Assembly (NCBI GenBank): GCA_000002435.2
Contig: CM018790.1
DNA: 64,000 nt
Direction: 5' to 3' (one strand)
Source of the DNA: Giardia intestinalis
Lineage: Eukaryota
In this document: one piece after another, positions 29,091 to 39,333 of the stretch
How the letters are laid out: every line of letters starts with the position of its first letter
How positions within the stretch are numbered: the first letter of the stretch is position 1
Program-made: the position numbers and the translations under genes
Notes under the pieces: generated by a model
Database searches by the model: none
What the model saw: only the letters and a program-made list of their open reading frames with translations
What the model was told of the DNA's origin: nothing

Positions 29091-30668
29091 ATGGACATTG
29101 AAGATCAGGTTGCACCTGCGCTTGCACACGCTCAATCCACTTCCCCTCTGCTCACGAATGTGCGGGTTATGATGGTAACCATGGGATGCGGCCACAACGC
29201 TGCTGAAAGTGATATAATTGCAAGTGCTTTGCAGACAGCGGGGGCCGTCATCACCCACAGCAACGGGAAGTACATAACACCAGAGAGCGCCAGAGATGTG
29301 GACGTCCTGTACATCAACTCGTGCACCGTGAAGAATCCGTCCGAGGACAAAGCCTTTGTCCATGTTCAGAAGGGATTGGAGGTTGGTACGGTCGTCGTGC
29401 TTGGCGGCTGTGTTCCCCAGTCTTACGGAACCGTGAATGATGAGCTCCGAAAAGCGTCTGCCGCGAAGCAGCTCATCATTTCAGGGGTGCTTACTCAGCA
29501 ATGGCTAGCAGCGCTTCCAAGGCTTCTTCGCGAGGCCATCGATCTTCATATTCTAAACAATTCTCACTTACTGCAACCTGCTTTACGAATGACGCAGCCA
29601 TCGGACAAGGCAGGAGTTCCTGCTGCTATCTCATACGTCACCAAGGAAGCTACAAAAGACGTCGAAGTAGAGTATCTGAAGTGCACTCCAGTCCACCGTG
29701 CTAATCCTATCATTGACATTATTTCGACTGGCAGTGGATGCATGGGATCTTGCACATACTGCAAAACGTGCCACAGCCGTGGAAGACTGCGCTCAGTACC
29801 TCTAGATACCTTACTGGCGCGTATACGTAGTAGCCTGGCTGACCCTATTATCCGTGAGCTTTGGCTGACGGGAGAGGACACGCTTGCATGGGGCCGTGAA
29901 AGTGACGCAACTTTCGCTGTACTCTTGCAGGAAGTCCAGAAACTTTTCGAAACAGAGAACCCGACACATAAGATGCTGAAGATAGGGATGACAGATCCTG
30001 ACTCTGTTATCAACCAGGAGGACTCTCTGATATCCTTTATGCGCTGTAAGTATGTGTACAAGTTTCTCCACTTACCTGTGCAGTCAGGGTCAGATCGGAT
30101 TCTAACCCTGATGCGACGCCATTACGACATAGAAACCTTCTTGAGGTCTTGCTCTAAGCTGCAGTCTGCCGTTCCAGATCTTTGCCTAGATACAGATATA
30201 ATATGTGGCTTTCCTGGCGAAACCGATGAAGACCATGCACAATCTCTCAACCTTTTCCGTAACCTCAAAGAGGACGCACCACGTTTTCAGGTCGTCAATA
30301 TTACACAGTACTATGCTCGGAAAAACACGCCTGCCGCATCCATGGAGCAGGTTCCTGCCAGTAAAAAGCGGGAGCGTACCAGAGAGATGTCTGAGGTCGT
30401 TAAAAATTCATTTCGGAGGGATCAATATCACGGTCAAGTTCATGATATCATGGTGCTAGAAAGGCTGCAGACGGAGAACCATGGGCGACAATATGGAGGC
30501 AAAACGTATAATAACCTCACAGTGGCCATAGAGGCGGTCGATCAGGAGGTGCCTATTAAGTTGGGCTCGTACGTACGCGTTCGCATAACAGGCTCTACGA
30601 GAGTGGCCCTGATAGGATCGGTAATGACTTACCATAGCTCGCCCGTAATAGTGCGGCGAGTGGAGTGA
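29091..30668 (+). CDS. CDKAL1: CDKAL1-type (e-MtaB) radical-SAM methylthiotransferase; forms ms2t6A in tRNA.
   Basis: MTTase N-domain (MVTMGCGHNAAESD, NSCTVKNPSEDKAF, GCVPQ). Radical-SAM CxxxCxxC (GCMGSCTYCKTCHSRG). Motifs GMTDP, FLHLPVQSGSD and DTDIICGFPGETDEDH. C-terminal TRAM-like region (PAASMEQVPASKKRERTREMSEV). Collinear with human CDKAL1 through all blocks. Confidence 0.85.
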   Translation: MDIEDQVAPALAHAQSTSPLLTNVRVMMVTMGCGHNAAESDIIASALQTAGAVITHSNGKYITPESARDVDVLYINSCTVKNPSEDKAFVHVQKGLEVGTVVVLGGCVPQSYGTVNDELRKASAAKQLIISGVLTQQWLAALPRLLREAIDLHILNNSHLLQPALRMTQPSDKAGVPAAISYVTKEATKDVEVEYLKCTPVHRANPIIDIISTGSGCMGSCTYCKTCHSRGRLRSVPLDTLLARIRSSLADPIIRELWLTGEDTLAWGRESDATFAVLLQEVQKLFETENPTHKMLKIGMTDPDSVINQEDSLISFMRCKYVYKFLHLPVQSGSDRILTLMRRHYDIETFLRSCSKLQSAVPDLCLDTDIICGFPGETDEDHAQSLNLFRNLKEDAPRFQVVNITQYYARKNTPAASMEQVPASKKRERTREMSEVVKNSFRRDQYHGQVHDIMVLERLQTENHGRQYGGKTYNNLTVAIEAVDQEVPIKLGSYVRVRITGSTRVALIGSVMTYHSSPVIVRRVE

Positions 30669-30718
30669 ATGTATACAAGCGCTGTAGTGCAACCTGTTTT
30701 AAGATTGAAAAAGCCTTT

Positions 30719-32656
30719 ATGCATGACGCCTGGGCCCGCCTCTACAGCGATATACACGAGGTCTCTCAGAAGAGGTGGTGGACCAGCTACTATGCATACC
30801 GAGCAGATTCTACCAGAAAAGTAGTCTTGAAGAGGATCGACCTCTCGAATCTCAAGACCAGAGAGTCAAATACTCTGGTCTGGGCATACTCACAATTGAG
30901 GGATCTCTCTAATATCTATGTAGTCAGATGTTCTGTGGTGCACTATGCGCCAGGGGACAGTCTTCTTCTCGAGTCTCCTTTTGAAGAGGGATGCAATCTC
31001 ATAGATTACGTTAAGCGCAGTTGTGCGTCCTGTGAACCAGTCTCTGAGGAGGCCCTTTGGCCTATACTTTCTCAAATATCCATGGGACTCGCATACTTGC
31101 ATACTCCTGCAGGCAAAGGGGTCATTCTACACCGGAATCTAACGCCGGCGAACGTCCTCGTGGTAGCAAACGGTGCTATAAAGCTTTCGGACATCCGGCT
31201 TGGCCCGCTATTTGACGATGATGAGCCCACGGCATTTCGAGCGCCAGAGCTGCGATCGTCCGGTAGCTTTAGTGCAAAGACCGATATCTACTCTATGGGT
31301 CGTATTATAGCTGAGCTTTGCATAGCGGGTCCCTTATCTGCCGAGACAATAACACGTTCTGCACTGGAATCACACGGCTACACCAGTGTATTTGCAACCT
31401 TACTCCATGCATGCCTAGACCCAGACCCAAGCAAACGGCCTACGGCGTGGGACATAGCGGAGCAAAGCACTCTTATTAGAGAGTTGCGAGCCAGAATGAT
31501 CTACGCTCACATGACAGCCAGTAACTCAGAGGAAAAGCAGATAGCGCCGCCTTCCACCTTTGTTGATAGTAAAACATCACTCATGTTAGCAGCAGAACGC
31601 GGGTCATTGGTTGGCGTACAGACTCTCTTGTATGAAGCTGGAGCGGTTTGGTCAGGTCCTCGAGAACTGCCCGGAACAGAAATAATCACTGCTACAGCGG
31701 CAACTCTAAGCCTCGTAAACGGCCACAAGGAGTGCTTTAAGGTACTGGCCAAGCTAGAGGTTGGCCTTGCTGGTGTCACGCCCCTAATGCTCTATGCAAC
31801 TGGGACAGTTAATTTGCCGTCTGATCCCACCACTTTAGAAACTACCGTCACTGCCCACTGCAGTGCTGCATGCATGGGGATCACTGCTCTGATGGTTGCT
31901 TCCATGTGCAATACTCCTGTCCTGTTTCCGTTGCTCCGTGAGGAGCTTCTGTTACTTGATAGCCACGGGCGATCTGCGTTAGTATACTTGCGTGACGTTG
32001 AAAGGGACACTTGTGCGGCTTTGCTGCGTGTTGTAGACGAGGATGGAGCACAAATACACCCTCTCAGCAGGGCGCTGCTCCTGGGTGAGGAGGTCAGCAC
32101 CGAAGTGGTAGGTATGAGTGACGATCTTTGGGCGCAGGACAGCTTTGGGTGGTGCCCTCTTTTGTACGCGATAGGCTTTAATCGTGCGTATGCTGTGCGC
32201 TGCATTTTGTCCTGCGAAAAGCAGCCTCCACCTAACAACATCCTTGAAGCGGCCTTACACATTGCACTTGCTTCACGAGGCTCAGATGAGGTGTTGAGTG
32301 AGCTTCTAGAACGTCTAGATAGATATAAGATCACTGTAAGGACCCGAAGAAGGTATGGGGACGTTACCCTAATCAAAACTGAGCTTATGCATGCGGCAGC
32401 AAAGGGCAGTGAGGATGAGGTTCGTAAGTACATTCACCAGTTGGGGAAGACCGTTGCAAGTTTAGAGGGAGGAACAGCCCTGATCTGTGCTGTCTCAGGA
32501 GGTCACGTCGGGTGCTGCCGACTACTGTACAGGGAACTAGGTATGCAGGACAAGCGCGGACGTACTGCACTCGACCATGCAGAAGAGGGTGGGCACTCTG
32601 AATGTATGTGGCTTCTTCGGCATGAGTCCGGCCTGTCAAAAAATGAAGCCCAATGA
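30719..32656 (+). CDS. NEK-like pseudokinase fused to ankyrin repeats (Protein 21.1/NEK family).
   Basis: The track start at 30665 is GTG, overlapping the previous stop; the first ATG is 30719 (MHDAWARLYSD). Kinase core VVLKRIDLSNLK...ILHRNLTPANVLVVANGAIKLSDIRLGPL...FRAPELRSS...DIYSMGRIIAEL has HRN in place of HRD and DIR in place of DFG, so it is predicted to be inactive. Then TALM-type ankyrin repeats follow (GITALMVASMCNTPVLFPLL, GGTALICAVSGGHVGCCRLLY, GRTALDHAEEGGHSECMWLL). Confidence 0.75.
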   Translation: MHDAWARLYSDIHEVSQKRWWTSYYAYRADSTRKVVLKRIDLSNLKTRESNTLVWAYSQLRDLSNIYVVRCSVVHYAPGDSLLLESPFEEGCNLIDYVKRSCASCEPVSEEALWPILSQISMGLAYLHTPAGKGVILHRNLTPANVLVVANGAIKLSDIRLGPLFDDDEPTAFRAPELRSSGSFSAKTDIYSMGRIIAELCIAGPLSAETITRSALESHGYTSVFATLLHACLDPDPSKRPTAWDIAEQSTLIRELRARMIYAHMTASNSEEKQIAPPSTFVDSKTSLMLAAERGSLVGVQTLLYEAGAVWSGPRELPGTEIITATAATLSLVNGHKECFKVLAKLEVGLAGVTPLMLYATGTVNLPSDPTTLETTVTAHCSAACMGITALMVASMCNTPVLFPLLREELLLLDSHGRSALVYLRDVERDTCAALLRVVDEDGAQIHPLSRALLLGEEVSTEVVGMSDDLWAQDSFGWCPLLYAIGFNRAYAVRCILSCEKQPPPNNILEAALHIALASRGSDEVLSELLERLDRYKITVRTRRRYGDVTLIKTELMHAAAKGSEDEVRKYIHQLGKTVASLEGGTALICAVSGGHVGCCRLLYRELGMQDKRGRTALDHAEEGGHSECMWLLRHESGLSKNEAQ

Positions 32657-34850
32657 CCACGTAAAGCTTACGCCTCTGGGAGCAGGCAACGAGGTCGGTC
32701 GCTCTTGCTTTATTCTGTCATATCAGCGGAGTGGCTGCTCTGGGAGCATCATGCTGGACTGCGGGCTCCACCCTGCCCTGTCCGAGACACGCGACTACGT
32801 TGCAATTCAGGCGCTCCCCTTCTTCGATTTAGAGGACTACGTCTCCACTTTGTCCCTTATCCTCATCACCCACTTCCATAACGACCACATAGCCGCTCTT
32901 CCTTATTTACTGCGGTGCCTTCGTGACCGAGCTGTTAAGGAGGGGAAGCCAGAGCTCCACTACATCCCTCCAGTTTATATGACAGCACCAACTCTAAAGA
33001 TTTTCAAGGAAAGCGTCACTGATGTCATCTCCCAGACGAAGCTCTACACCCACGAAGATGTGGAGTTTATGGCCAAGAACACTAAACTACTCACGAGCTT
33101 CTACCAGACAGAGCGGGTCAATGGGATATCTTTTACCGCAATGCCGGCAGGTCACGTCATTGGAGCGGCCATGTTCCACATTAGTATAGATAATTTCCAC
33201 GCCCTCTACACTGGTGATTTCAGTTGTGAGCCGGAGGACAGGCATCTTCAGCCTGCTACATTCCCCCAGGTAAAGCTTGATTTGCTTATAATTGAGTCTA
33301 CGTATGGGACCATTCGTCAAAAGGAACGCATGACCAGAGAGCGTGATTTTATAGATCTCATAGTTTCGACCGTCAAAAAAGATGGCTGTGTGTTGCTGCC
33401 AGTGTTTTCTATAGGCCGTGTCCAAGAGCTTCTTTGCATCTTACAAGAGTACTGGCGAGAACATGAGCAAGAGATGGCTAGAGTTACGATCTACTACGTG
33501 TCTGCAATTGCTGATAATGCACGGCAATTGTATTCGAAGGATAAGGGCTTCCTGCGCCACGGAGACACAGGACTGTCCGACATTCAAACAGGGAAGCGTA
33601 AAGATAGAATAATCTACACGAAGACGCGGCCCAAAAATCCGAAAAAGCCCTATGTGATGTTCTGCACACCTGGAATGCTTCAGTCCGGTGTCTCAAAGGA
33701 AATGTATAACGAGTTGTGCGGATCTCCTGACAACCTCCTGCTTGTCACGGGATACGCAACTCAGGACACTCTTCTCTATAAGCTTCTTGAGGGAAAACCT
33801 CCTGGGGGTTATGCGGACGCCAAGATGCGTATTGAGGAGCTGTCCTTTTCCGCTCACTCGGACTACAATCAAACACTCGATGTCCTACGAAAGACTCGCC
33901 CACGTAATGTCGCGTTCATCCACGGTAGTGAGAAGAGCATTTCATCGTTAAAAAGAACCATCGCCAATGAAACCAGGGTCAACTTCAGCGAGGGAGGCAA
34001 GGAAGCAGACAAAGAAGAAATATCGTTTCATTATCCTCGTAACGGAGAAACTGTCACCTTCGCCTTCACAAATCCTGTGCAGCTGAGCATCAAGGTTGAC
34101 ACTGGTGCAGAAGACACTGCACAGACAGGAGTTGAGGACTCTCGCTCCATCGCAGCGATAGCCAAGGCATTGGACAAGAAGAAGATGTACATCGTGCAGG
34201 ACGGATTTGCGTTTTCGTTATACAATGCGTCATCGGTAAAGAAGAAGATGCAAAGATCGTGCGGTGGGATCACACTTAATATGAGTTTGACAATTGTGGG
34301 AGATAGCCCACTGACAGAGATATTTGAGAGTCATGGATTCCGGGTTACTGATTTGGGAACAGCCATCCTCTTGGTGCCCGGACTAGAGGAGATGCATGAC
34401 ACTGTACAAGGCGCCGGGACAGAGCCAAAAGATGGGAGCAATGCAATATCCCTGGCTGTGACGACATCATCTAGAGATGTCAAGCGGGTAACTCTTTCAT
34501 TTGATCTCTTCTCAAGCGTATCTGCTCTTTGCATACGTATCCTGTACATTATCCACTCGGCATCAAAGCTGCAAAAAGAAACGTCTCAAACATGCTTAGA
34601 CCTTCCATCTGTTTGCCAGCGTATTGGAGCATCTCTATTAGAAAATTTCAACGTTCAGTTGCACGAGTCGCCCACACAAGAACTGACTGCATCTTCTCCT
34701 CCTTACATTGTTATCGGTGATGTGAGATGTTTTCTAAATTTTCGTGGTTGGAACTTTGATCCTGTTTTCCCGTTGGAGAAAAAAGACTTTACTCTCCTCT
34801 CCGACATCTCGGACCACACTAACTGTTTGGTGCGAACACTCCTCCCGTGA
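32643..34850 (+). CDS. CPSF3: CPSF73-like beta-CASP metallo-beta-lactamase endonuclease (mRNA 3'-end cleavage factor).
   Basis: N-terminus KLTPLGAGNEVGRSCFIL matches the CPSF73 ITPLGAGQEVGRSCIIL start. MBL motif LILITHFHNDHIAALPYLL (HxHxDH). Downstream beta-CASP region, then a ~250-aa lineage-specific C-terminal extension. The start is ambiguous: the ATG at 32577 would overlap the upstream gene by 80 nt, so I chose 32643 (14-nt overlap), but 32622 is also possible. Confidence 0.75.
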   Translation: MKPNDHVKLTPLGAGNEVGRSCFILSYQRSGCSGSIMLDCGLHPALSETRDYVAIQALPFFDLEDYVSTLSLILITHFHNDHIAALPYLLRCLRDRAVKEGKPELHYIPPVYMTAPTLKIFKESVTDVISQTKLYTHEDVEFMAKNTKLLTSFYQTERVNGISFTAMPAGHVIGAAMFHISIDNFHALYTGDFSCEPEDRHLQPATFPQVKLDLLIIESTYGTIRQKERMTRERDFIDLIVSTVKKDGCVLLPVFSIGRVQELLCILQEYWREHEQEMARVTIYYVSAIADNARQLYSKDKGFLRHGDTGLSDIQTGKRKDRIIYTKTRPKNPKKPYVMFCTPGMLQSGVSKEMYNELCGSPDNLLLVTGYATQDTLLYKLLEGKPPGGYADAKMRIEELSFSAHSDYNQTLDVLRKTRPRNVAFIHGSEKSISSLKRTIANETRVNFSEGGKEADKEEISFHYPRNGETVTFAFTNPVQLSIKVDTGAEDTAQTGVEDSRSIAAIAKALDKKKMYIVQDGFAFSLYNASSVKKKMQRSCGGITLNMSLTIVGDSPLTEIFESHGFRVTDLGTAILLVPGLEEMHDTVQGAGTEPKDGSNAISLAVTTSSRDVKRVTLSFDLFSSVSALCIRILYIIHSASKLQKETSQTCLDLPSVCQRIGASLLENFNVQLHESPTQELTASSPPYIVIGDVRCFLNFRGWNFDPVFPLEKKDFTLLSDISDHTNCLVRTLLP

Positions 34851-34880
34851 CTCTCTCTTCTTCAGGAAATGCCCGTCTTG

Positions 34881-36887
34881 TCATATGGATTGCAACCCGC
34901 ACAGCTTAAGTGTCTCTACGGGATATACCAAGTGAAAGTCGTGTCCACCAACAGATCTGAAGACTATATTGATTCTAGGGCAGTACTTTTCAAACTGCTC
35001 TTTAGCTTTAGCACACTGAATGATTGCATCGTCGTTTGCTAATACTAGGACTGTTTCTAAATCGAGGTCGTCAAGCCTGGTAAAGTATTCCTTCCCAGAA
35101 GTCCAGGGGAATGCTGCTGAGCTGTTGATGGCCTGCTTTATAGCGCTGGTGCAGCGACTTCGAACATGCGACTCATATTTTCGCTTGACGTTTGCCTGTA
35201 GAGGCTCTGGGAGGTACTTAACCCGGTCAGCACAATCCAAAAACGTCTTGAGGGCAAGCGTTGGATATACAGACATGAGAGGCTGAGTTATACGCGCCAG
35301 GATGGGGTGATCACGCATAAAAATCAGCTTTCGGTTCAGCTCCATCACCATACCGACGGGAGCTAGCAGCACCACCTTGTCAACGATATCTTTCAAGATC
35401 GGGGCCATGGCTGCAGCCATTAGGCCTCCGCTAGAATGCCCCACTAAGGTTATCTTTTGCTGAGAAGAGGTTGAGTTGATCAGTTTGTATGTTCTCACTG
35501 GGTAACGGACCGTTGTCGCTGTCGCTGCAGCAGAAGGCCCTGAGGGATTGTTTTCGTCCTGCGGATTCAGCTCTGCCGGAGGTTGAACTGGTGAACCCGG
35601 AGGCTCATCAAGTATCTCGAATCCATGTATCCAGTTAAGCACTGGCAGAGAAAGGACCTCTAAGCAATACCTTATTAGAGTGTCTATGTCATAGGAGTCT
35701 CCTGGTGTTCCGTCACTTCCTCCTGTTGCTGGCCAGTCGAACGTGAGAACTTCATGCGTCATTGCAAGGGCATTGATGAAGGGAGCATTAATCGTTGTGT
35801 CGAAGTCGAAACCATGCAAAAAGAGCACTCTCGGGTATTGTTCCGTCGAGGGGTCCACTGTTATGCTATCGATTTGATTCTGCTCCTTCAGTGCTTTGTC
35901 GACAGCATCGCACACGGGGTTATCCAATGCTTCACCTGTATCCTTTGGTGTGCTTGCGTCTGTCTTGGGGACTGTGGATACAGGTGGGGTTTCAAGGCTT
36001 TCGTCTTGGTATCCAGCGTTGCGGTTAGGATTATCTGCAGAAACGTCCACTAGAGACACTCTTCCGTTATCGGCTGTGTTCTTTAGTATATATGCGCTGT
36101 GCACGGTACCAGCCCGTGGATGTGAATAGTATATTTTGCACATCCCAAGCGCAGGAAGTTTGCATGCTTGTATCTTTGTTGGGTTGAGCTCCAGCCATTC
36201 CAGTGGATATTTAATCAAGAGATCCGTGGAAGCGGGGAGACGCTCGAGTGGCGGTGGGTCGACCAGCCTGTCTACCGTATCCGTGTCAAAGAACGAGACT
36301 GCACGCATGTCTGGGTTGTTCAGGTAAATGTCTTCCTTCATGCTTTCGGTGAGGATCTTTCCTGGATCGTCGATGGGAGTTGCTGTAAATACGGGGTATT
36401 TGGGCAGTTTTAATGCAGAAGCAGGATCAGCAACAGGATCGTCAAGTCTTGAAACTGTCTCGAGGTATGGCCTTAGAGGTATACTAACTGGTGGCGGGTA
36501 TGCTCCCGGGGAGCGACCACTGACTCCTCTGTCATTGGGAGAGGATTCAAGAACTAGTGGTGTCTCAAAATGCTGTAGACTCTCTATCTCAGATATATCT
36601 CTAGACTGTTCCGGCACATAATCTGCTTCCTTCGCCTCATGGGCAGGGCTGGGCTGCCCTTCGGGAGAGTTTATAGCATTCATAGCTTGGGAGACCTCTT
36701 GCTGGACCTTATCTGCCATGGCCTCGGGGCTAGTAACGCCCAGAGTGACCTCTCCAGCAGGTGAAATAGTGACTTGCTCTGCAAGAGAAGCCTTCTCAGC
36801 GTCCGTGAGCTCGGTGGTAAAGACTACCTCATGGTCACTGTTCGCATCGTTGCCCGCGGGACTTGTTGGATCGCCAGACGGTGTCAT
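34881..36887 (-). CDS. Alpha/beta-hydrolase fold protein (paralog 1 of 3), with a ~340-aa disordered P/S-rich N-terminal extension.
   Basis: C-terminal half: RVLFLHGFDFDTT...EVLTFDWPATGGSDG...ITLVGHSSGGLMAAAMAP (GHSxG nucleophile elbow)...LLAPVGM. Collinear with the hydrolases at 38272 and 40845. Confidence 0.65.
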   Translation of the reverse strand: MTPSGDPTSPAGNDANSDHEVVFTTELTDAEKASLAEQVTISPAGEVTLGVTSPEAMADKVQQEVSQAMNAINSPEGQPSPAHEAKEADYVPEQSRDISEIESLQHFETPLVLESSPNDRGVSGRSPGAYPPPVSIPLRPYLETVSRLDDPVADPASALKLPKYPVFTATPIDDPGKILTESMKEDIYLNNPDMRAVSFFDTDTVDRLVDPPPLERLPASTDLLIKYPLEWLELNPTKIQACKLPALGMCKIYYSHPRAGTVHSAYILKNTADNGRVSLVDVSADNPNRNAGYQDESLETPPVSTVPKTDASTPKDTGEALDNPVCDAVDKALKEQNQIDSITVDPSTEQYPRVLFLHGFDFDTTINAPFINALAMTHEVLTFDWPATGGSDGTPGDSYDIDTLIRYCLEVLSLPVLNWIHGFEILDEPPGSPVQPPAELNPQDENNPSGPSAAATATTVRYPVRTYKLINSTSSQQKITLVGHSSGGLMAAAMAPILKDIVDKVVLLAPVGMVMELNRKLIFMRDHPILARITQPLMSVYPTLALKTFLDCADRVKYLPEPLQANVKRKYESHVRSRCTSAIKQAINSSAAFPWTSGKEYFTRLDDLDLETVLVLANDDAIIQCAKAKEQFEKYCPRINIVFRSVGGHDFHLVYPVETLKLCGLQSI

Positions 36888-36980
36888 TATTTTTTCCTAG
36901 AATGCGAATTCGTACTATAAACCCTGCGAAACTACTAATGTACGAACCCTACAAAGAGAGCTCCGCGGTGATAAAATAAA

Positions 36981-38192
36981 TCACCCTTGCTCAATTATAC
37001 CTAAGACTTCCCGCAACTGAGACTCAGTTCTGCAGAGCACATTTAGATCAATGTCGCGAACCGTTTCGTCAATGTTCAGAACTGACCGGATCTGAGCGAA
37101 GACCTTAGCTCGTCTTTCATTAGAGTAGCTCATGAGATAAGCTGCACAGTTGAAAAGACGCATGTTGCGTTCGCGAACAGGGTCTTTACTGGTATCGTAG
37201 ACCTTTGAGCGGAAAGTGCTGGACAGCCCTGCATCTGACAATGAGTGCTGAGCCTGCGAGATGCTCGGAGCAGCAGTGATAGTATTGCCTTTTTGTTGCG
37301 ACGAGGCAGACCTCGCGCGTTTCTGTACTGGCTGAGTTTCTTTCAATGCTGAGGTGGTCAGTGTAGAACTGTTCATGGGGGTTAAGGCTCCAGACGCGGG
37401 TCTAAACTCATTGAGTGTGGATGGAAGGTCAAAGGTCACCTTCTTGCTTGCGGAGCATCCGGACCCAGGGTCATCCACGGCATTCAAAGGAAAAGATGCA
37501 GGATCAGCCTCTTTATTAAAAGAGCTAGTGCTGTTGGGACAAGCAGAAGTGGATAAGCGCGAGCCGGACCTTAGGGGTCTCGGGGTCTTACTCTTATTAT
37601 TAGGCTGAGTGTCCAGAGATCCAGAGGGATGAGGGGCAAAAAGGAGATCCAGGGCATCAGAGTCCGACTTCGGTACGGGCTTTCGTGCAACATGCTGCTT
37701 CATATTAACGGGGCACGCGAAATAACGCTCGACCTCAAGGAAGATATCATTAAAATGCTTAGCCTTTGCTGAGACTATCCTCCCTTCAAAGACGTTTGCT
37801 TGGAACACACGAATGATCTCGTTATAAAGTCGCCCCGTAGCCTCTATGATGGGTGTACAGTTTTTTGGACGGAGTGCCTGCTCTAGCGTGTACCCAGGTT
37901 TGATATTAAATCGAATGCTGTTATACGTGATCAGAAGAAAGTGGTAGCTGATCTGGCCTATCTCTGAGTAGTGACCGCCCTTCAGATTAGCCAGAATGTT
38001 TTTGAATGCACATGGGTCTTTGATATTGGTCCTATATGTTTGACAGAAACCCGCGTCATGCGCGTACGTCTCCAAGACAGGGGTCTTGAAAATGCTCGAC
38101 AGAACCTCGTTTTCAATAATATTAAGGAATGCGCCTTCCACTGTCTTCGTCAGAGGACCCTTCATCCACGCAATGAGGGGAGCAAGAGACAT
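36981..38192 (-). CDS. Hypothetical protein (403 aa), with a structured N-terminal half and a Ser/Pro-rich middle.
   Basis: ATG start confirmed. No recognisable catalytic motif. Confidence 0.45.
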   Translation of the reverse strand: MSLAPLIAWMKGPLTKTVEGAFLNIIENEVLSSIFKTPVLETYAHDAGFCQTYRTNIKDPCAFKNILANLKGGHYSEIGQISYHFLLITYNSIRFNIKPGYTLEQALRPKNCTPIIEATGRLYNEIIRVFQANVFEGRIVSAKAKHFNDIFLEVERYFACPVNMKQHVARKPVPKSDSDALDLLFAPHPSGSLDTQPNNKSKTPRPLRSGSRLSTSACPNSTSSFNKEADPASFPLNAVDDPGSGCSASKKVTFDLPSTLNEFRPASGALTPMNSSTLTTSALKETQPVQKRARSASSQQKGNTITAAPSISQAQHSLSDAGLSSTFRSKVYDTSKDPVRERNMRLFNCAAYLMSYSNERRAKVFAQIRSVLNIDETVRDIDLNVLCRTESQLREVLGIIEQG

Positions 38193-38271
38193 CGGACTCC
38201 GAGAGCGATCCTTTTGCTTGCAAAAAGAATATGAAAAAGAATATGAAAACTGAAATCAGAAGACTAAAAAC

Positions 38272-39333
38272 ATGCACGCCCTTAACCAGGACTGCTTCAC
38301 CACGATTTCCGTGCCTTCGGTCGAAAAGTTGCGAGTCTTCCACTCCATCCCTCATGGCATAGACAACCCTCCGCGCCTTCTTTTCCTTCATGGTTACTCT
38401 TTCTTTACAGACCTCTACGCCACTCTGCTTAACGAACTTTGCACCCACTTCGAGGTCCTCGCGTTTGATTCTCCTGGTACTGGGGGCTCTGGTCCCATCT
38501 TCGACGGCGATTACACCGTCAACAGCCTCGTCGAGGTTGCTCTAGAACTATTGACTATTAGCCAGCTGAGATGGGTTCCCCGTGCGGCTTCGGTCCTGTA
38601 CAAGGCGAACATGAAGTACGACCCTGACAAAATGCTCGATTCGCAATCGGGGGAGGACAGGCAGCTAGCCGAATCATTGGTCGAGTCACTGGCCTTGAGC
38701 ACAGATAGGAAGAAGTTTACCATTGTTGGACACTCTATGGGCGCATTTCTAGCAGCAGAACTTACAGTAGCGTGCTGGAACTGCGTGGAAGCCGTCTATA
38801 TGGTAGCCCCAGCGGGGATCAAGTGCGAATTGAAGAACTTCTGGTCAGACCTCTGCGGCGGTGCTTTAGGAATATTCAGGAGAGCATATGCGAAGCTGCG
38901 CCATAAGCAGACCATAGAGAAATGGGTGGCTATTCAACAAGACAGTCTGGCACAGGGGCGCTCTGTGACACATGCCGAGCAGATGCAAAGAGATTTCTCT
39001 GAGGCGTATTTGGCTAACTCAAAAGCAGCCGTTTCTCGCTTTTGCTGCCTGGTGGACTTCCCGTGGTCTAACGGGCATGACGTGTTTAGAGAATTGGAAT
39101 CTATAATAGAGAAGAAGGGGTTGAACGCTTACTGCTATCTAATGGAGCAAGACGAGATAATATCGTACAAGGATGTCAGTGCCTTCTTCAGAGACATCAT
39201 GCCCAATTGCCGTCTGCACACCGTTTCGGCCGCCAATCATGACTGGGTGAACGACCACCCCCATCTACTGGTTCATAACATAATTAACGACCGGGCTCAT
39301 CTGACTGCGGCTACGTCTAGTGTCGAGATCTAA
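38272..39333 (+). CDS. Alpha/beta-hydrolase fold protein (paralog 2 of 3; ABHD-like).
   Basis: RLLFLHGYSFFTD...EVLAFDSPGTGGSGP...FTIVGHSMGAFLAAEL...MVAPAGIK...FPWSNGHDVFRELE. Same motif order as the paralogs at 40845 and 34881. Confidence 0.65.
   Translation: MHALNQDCFTTISVPSVEKLRVFHSIPHGIDNPPRLLFLHGYSFFTDLYATLLNELCTHFEVLAFDSPGTGGSGPIFDGDYTVNSLVEVALELLTISQLRWVPRAASVLYKANMKYDPDKMLDSQSGEDRQLAESLVESLALSTDRKKFTIVGHSMGAFLAAELTVACWNCVEAVYMVAPAGIKCELKNFWSDLCGGALGIFRRAYAKLRHKQTIEKWVAIQQDSLAQGRSVTHAEQMQRDFSEAYLANSKAAVSRFCCLVDFPWSNGHDVFRELESIIEKKGLNAYCYLMEQDEIISYKDVSAFFRDIMPNCRLHTVSAANHDWVNDHPHLLVHNIINDRAHLTAATSSVEI

Noticed and set aside
32577-32642. Upstream ATG (32577) as the start of the CPSF73-like gene
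   Set aside because: It would overlap the preceding kinase/ankyrin gene by 80 nt, and it adds residues that have no counterpart before the conserved LTPLGAG N-terminus of CPSF73. A later ATG is preferred, though not proven.
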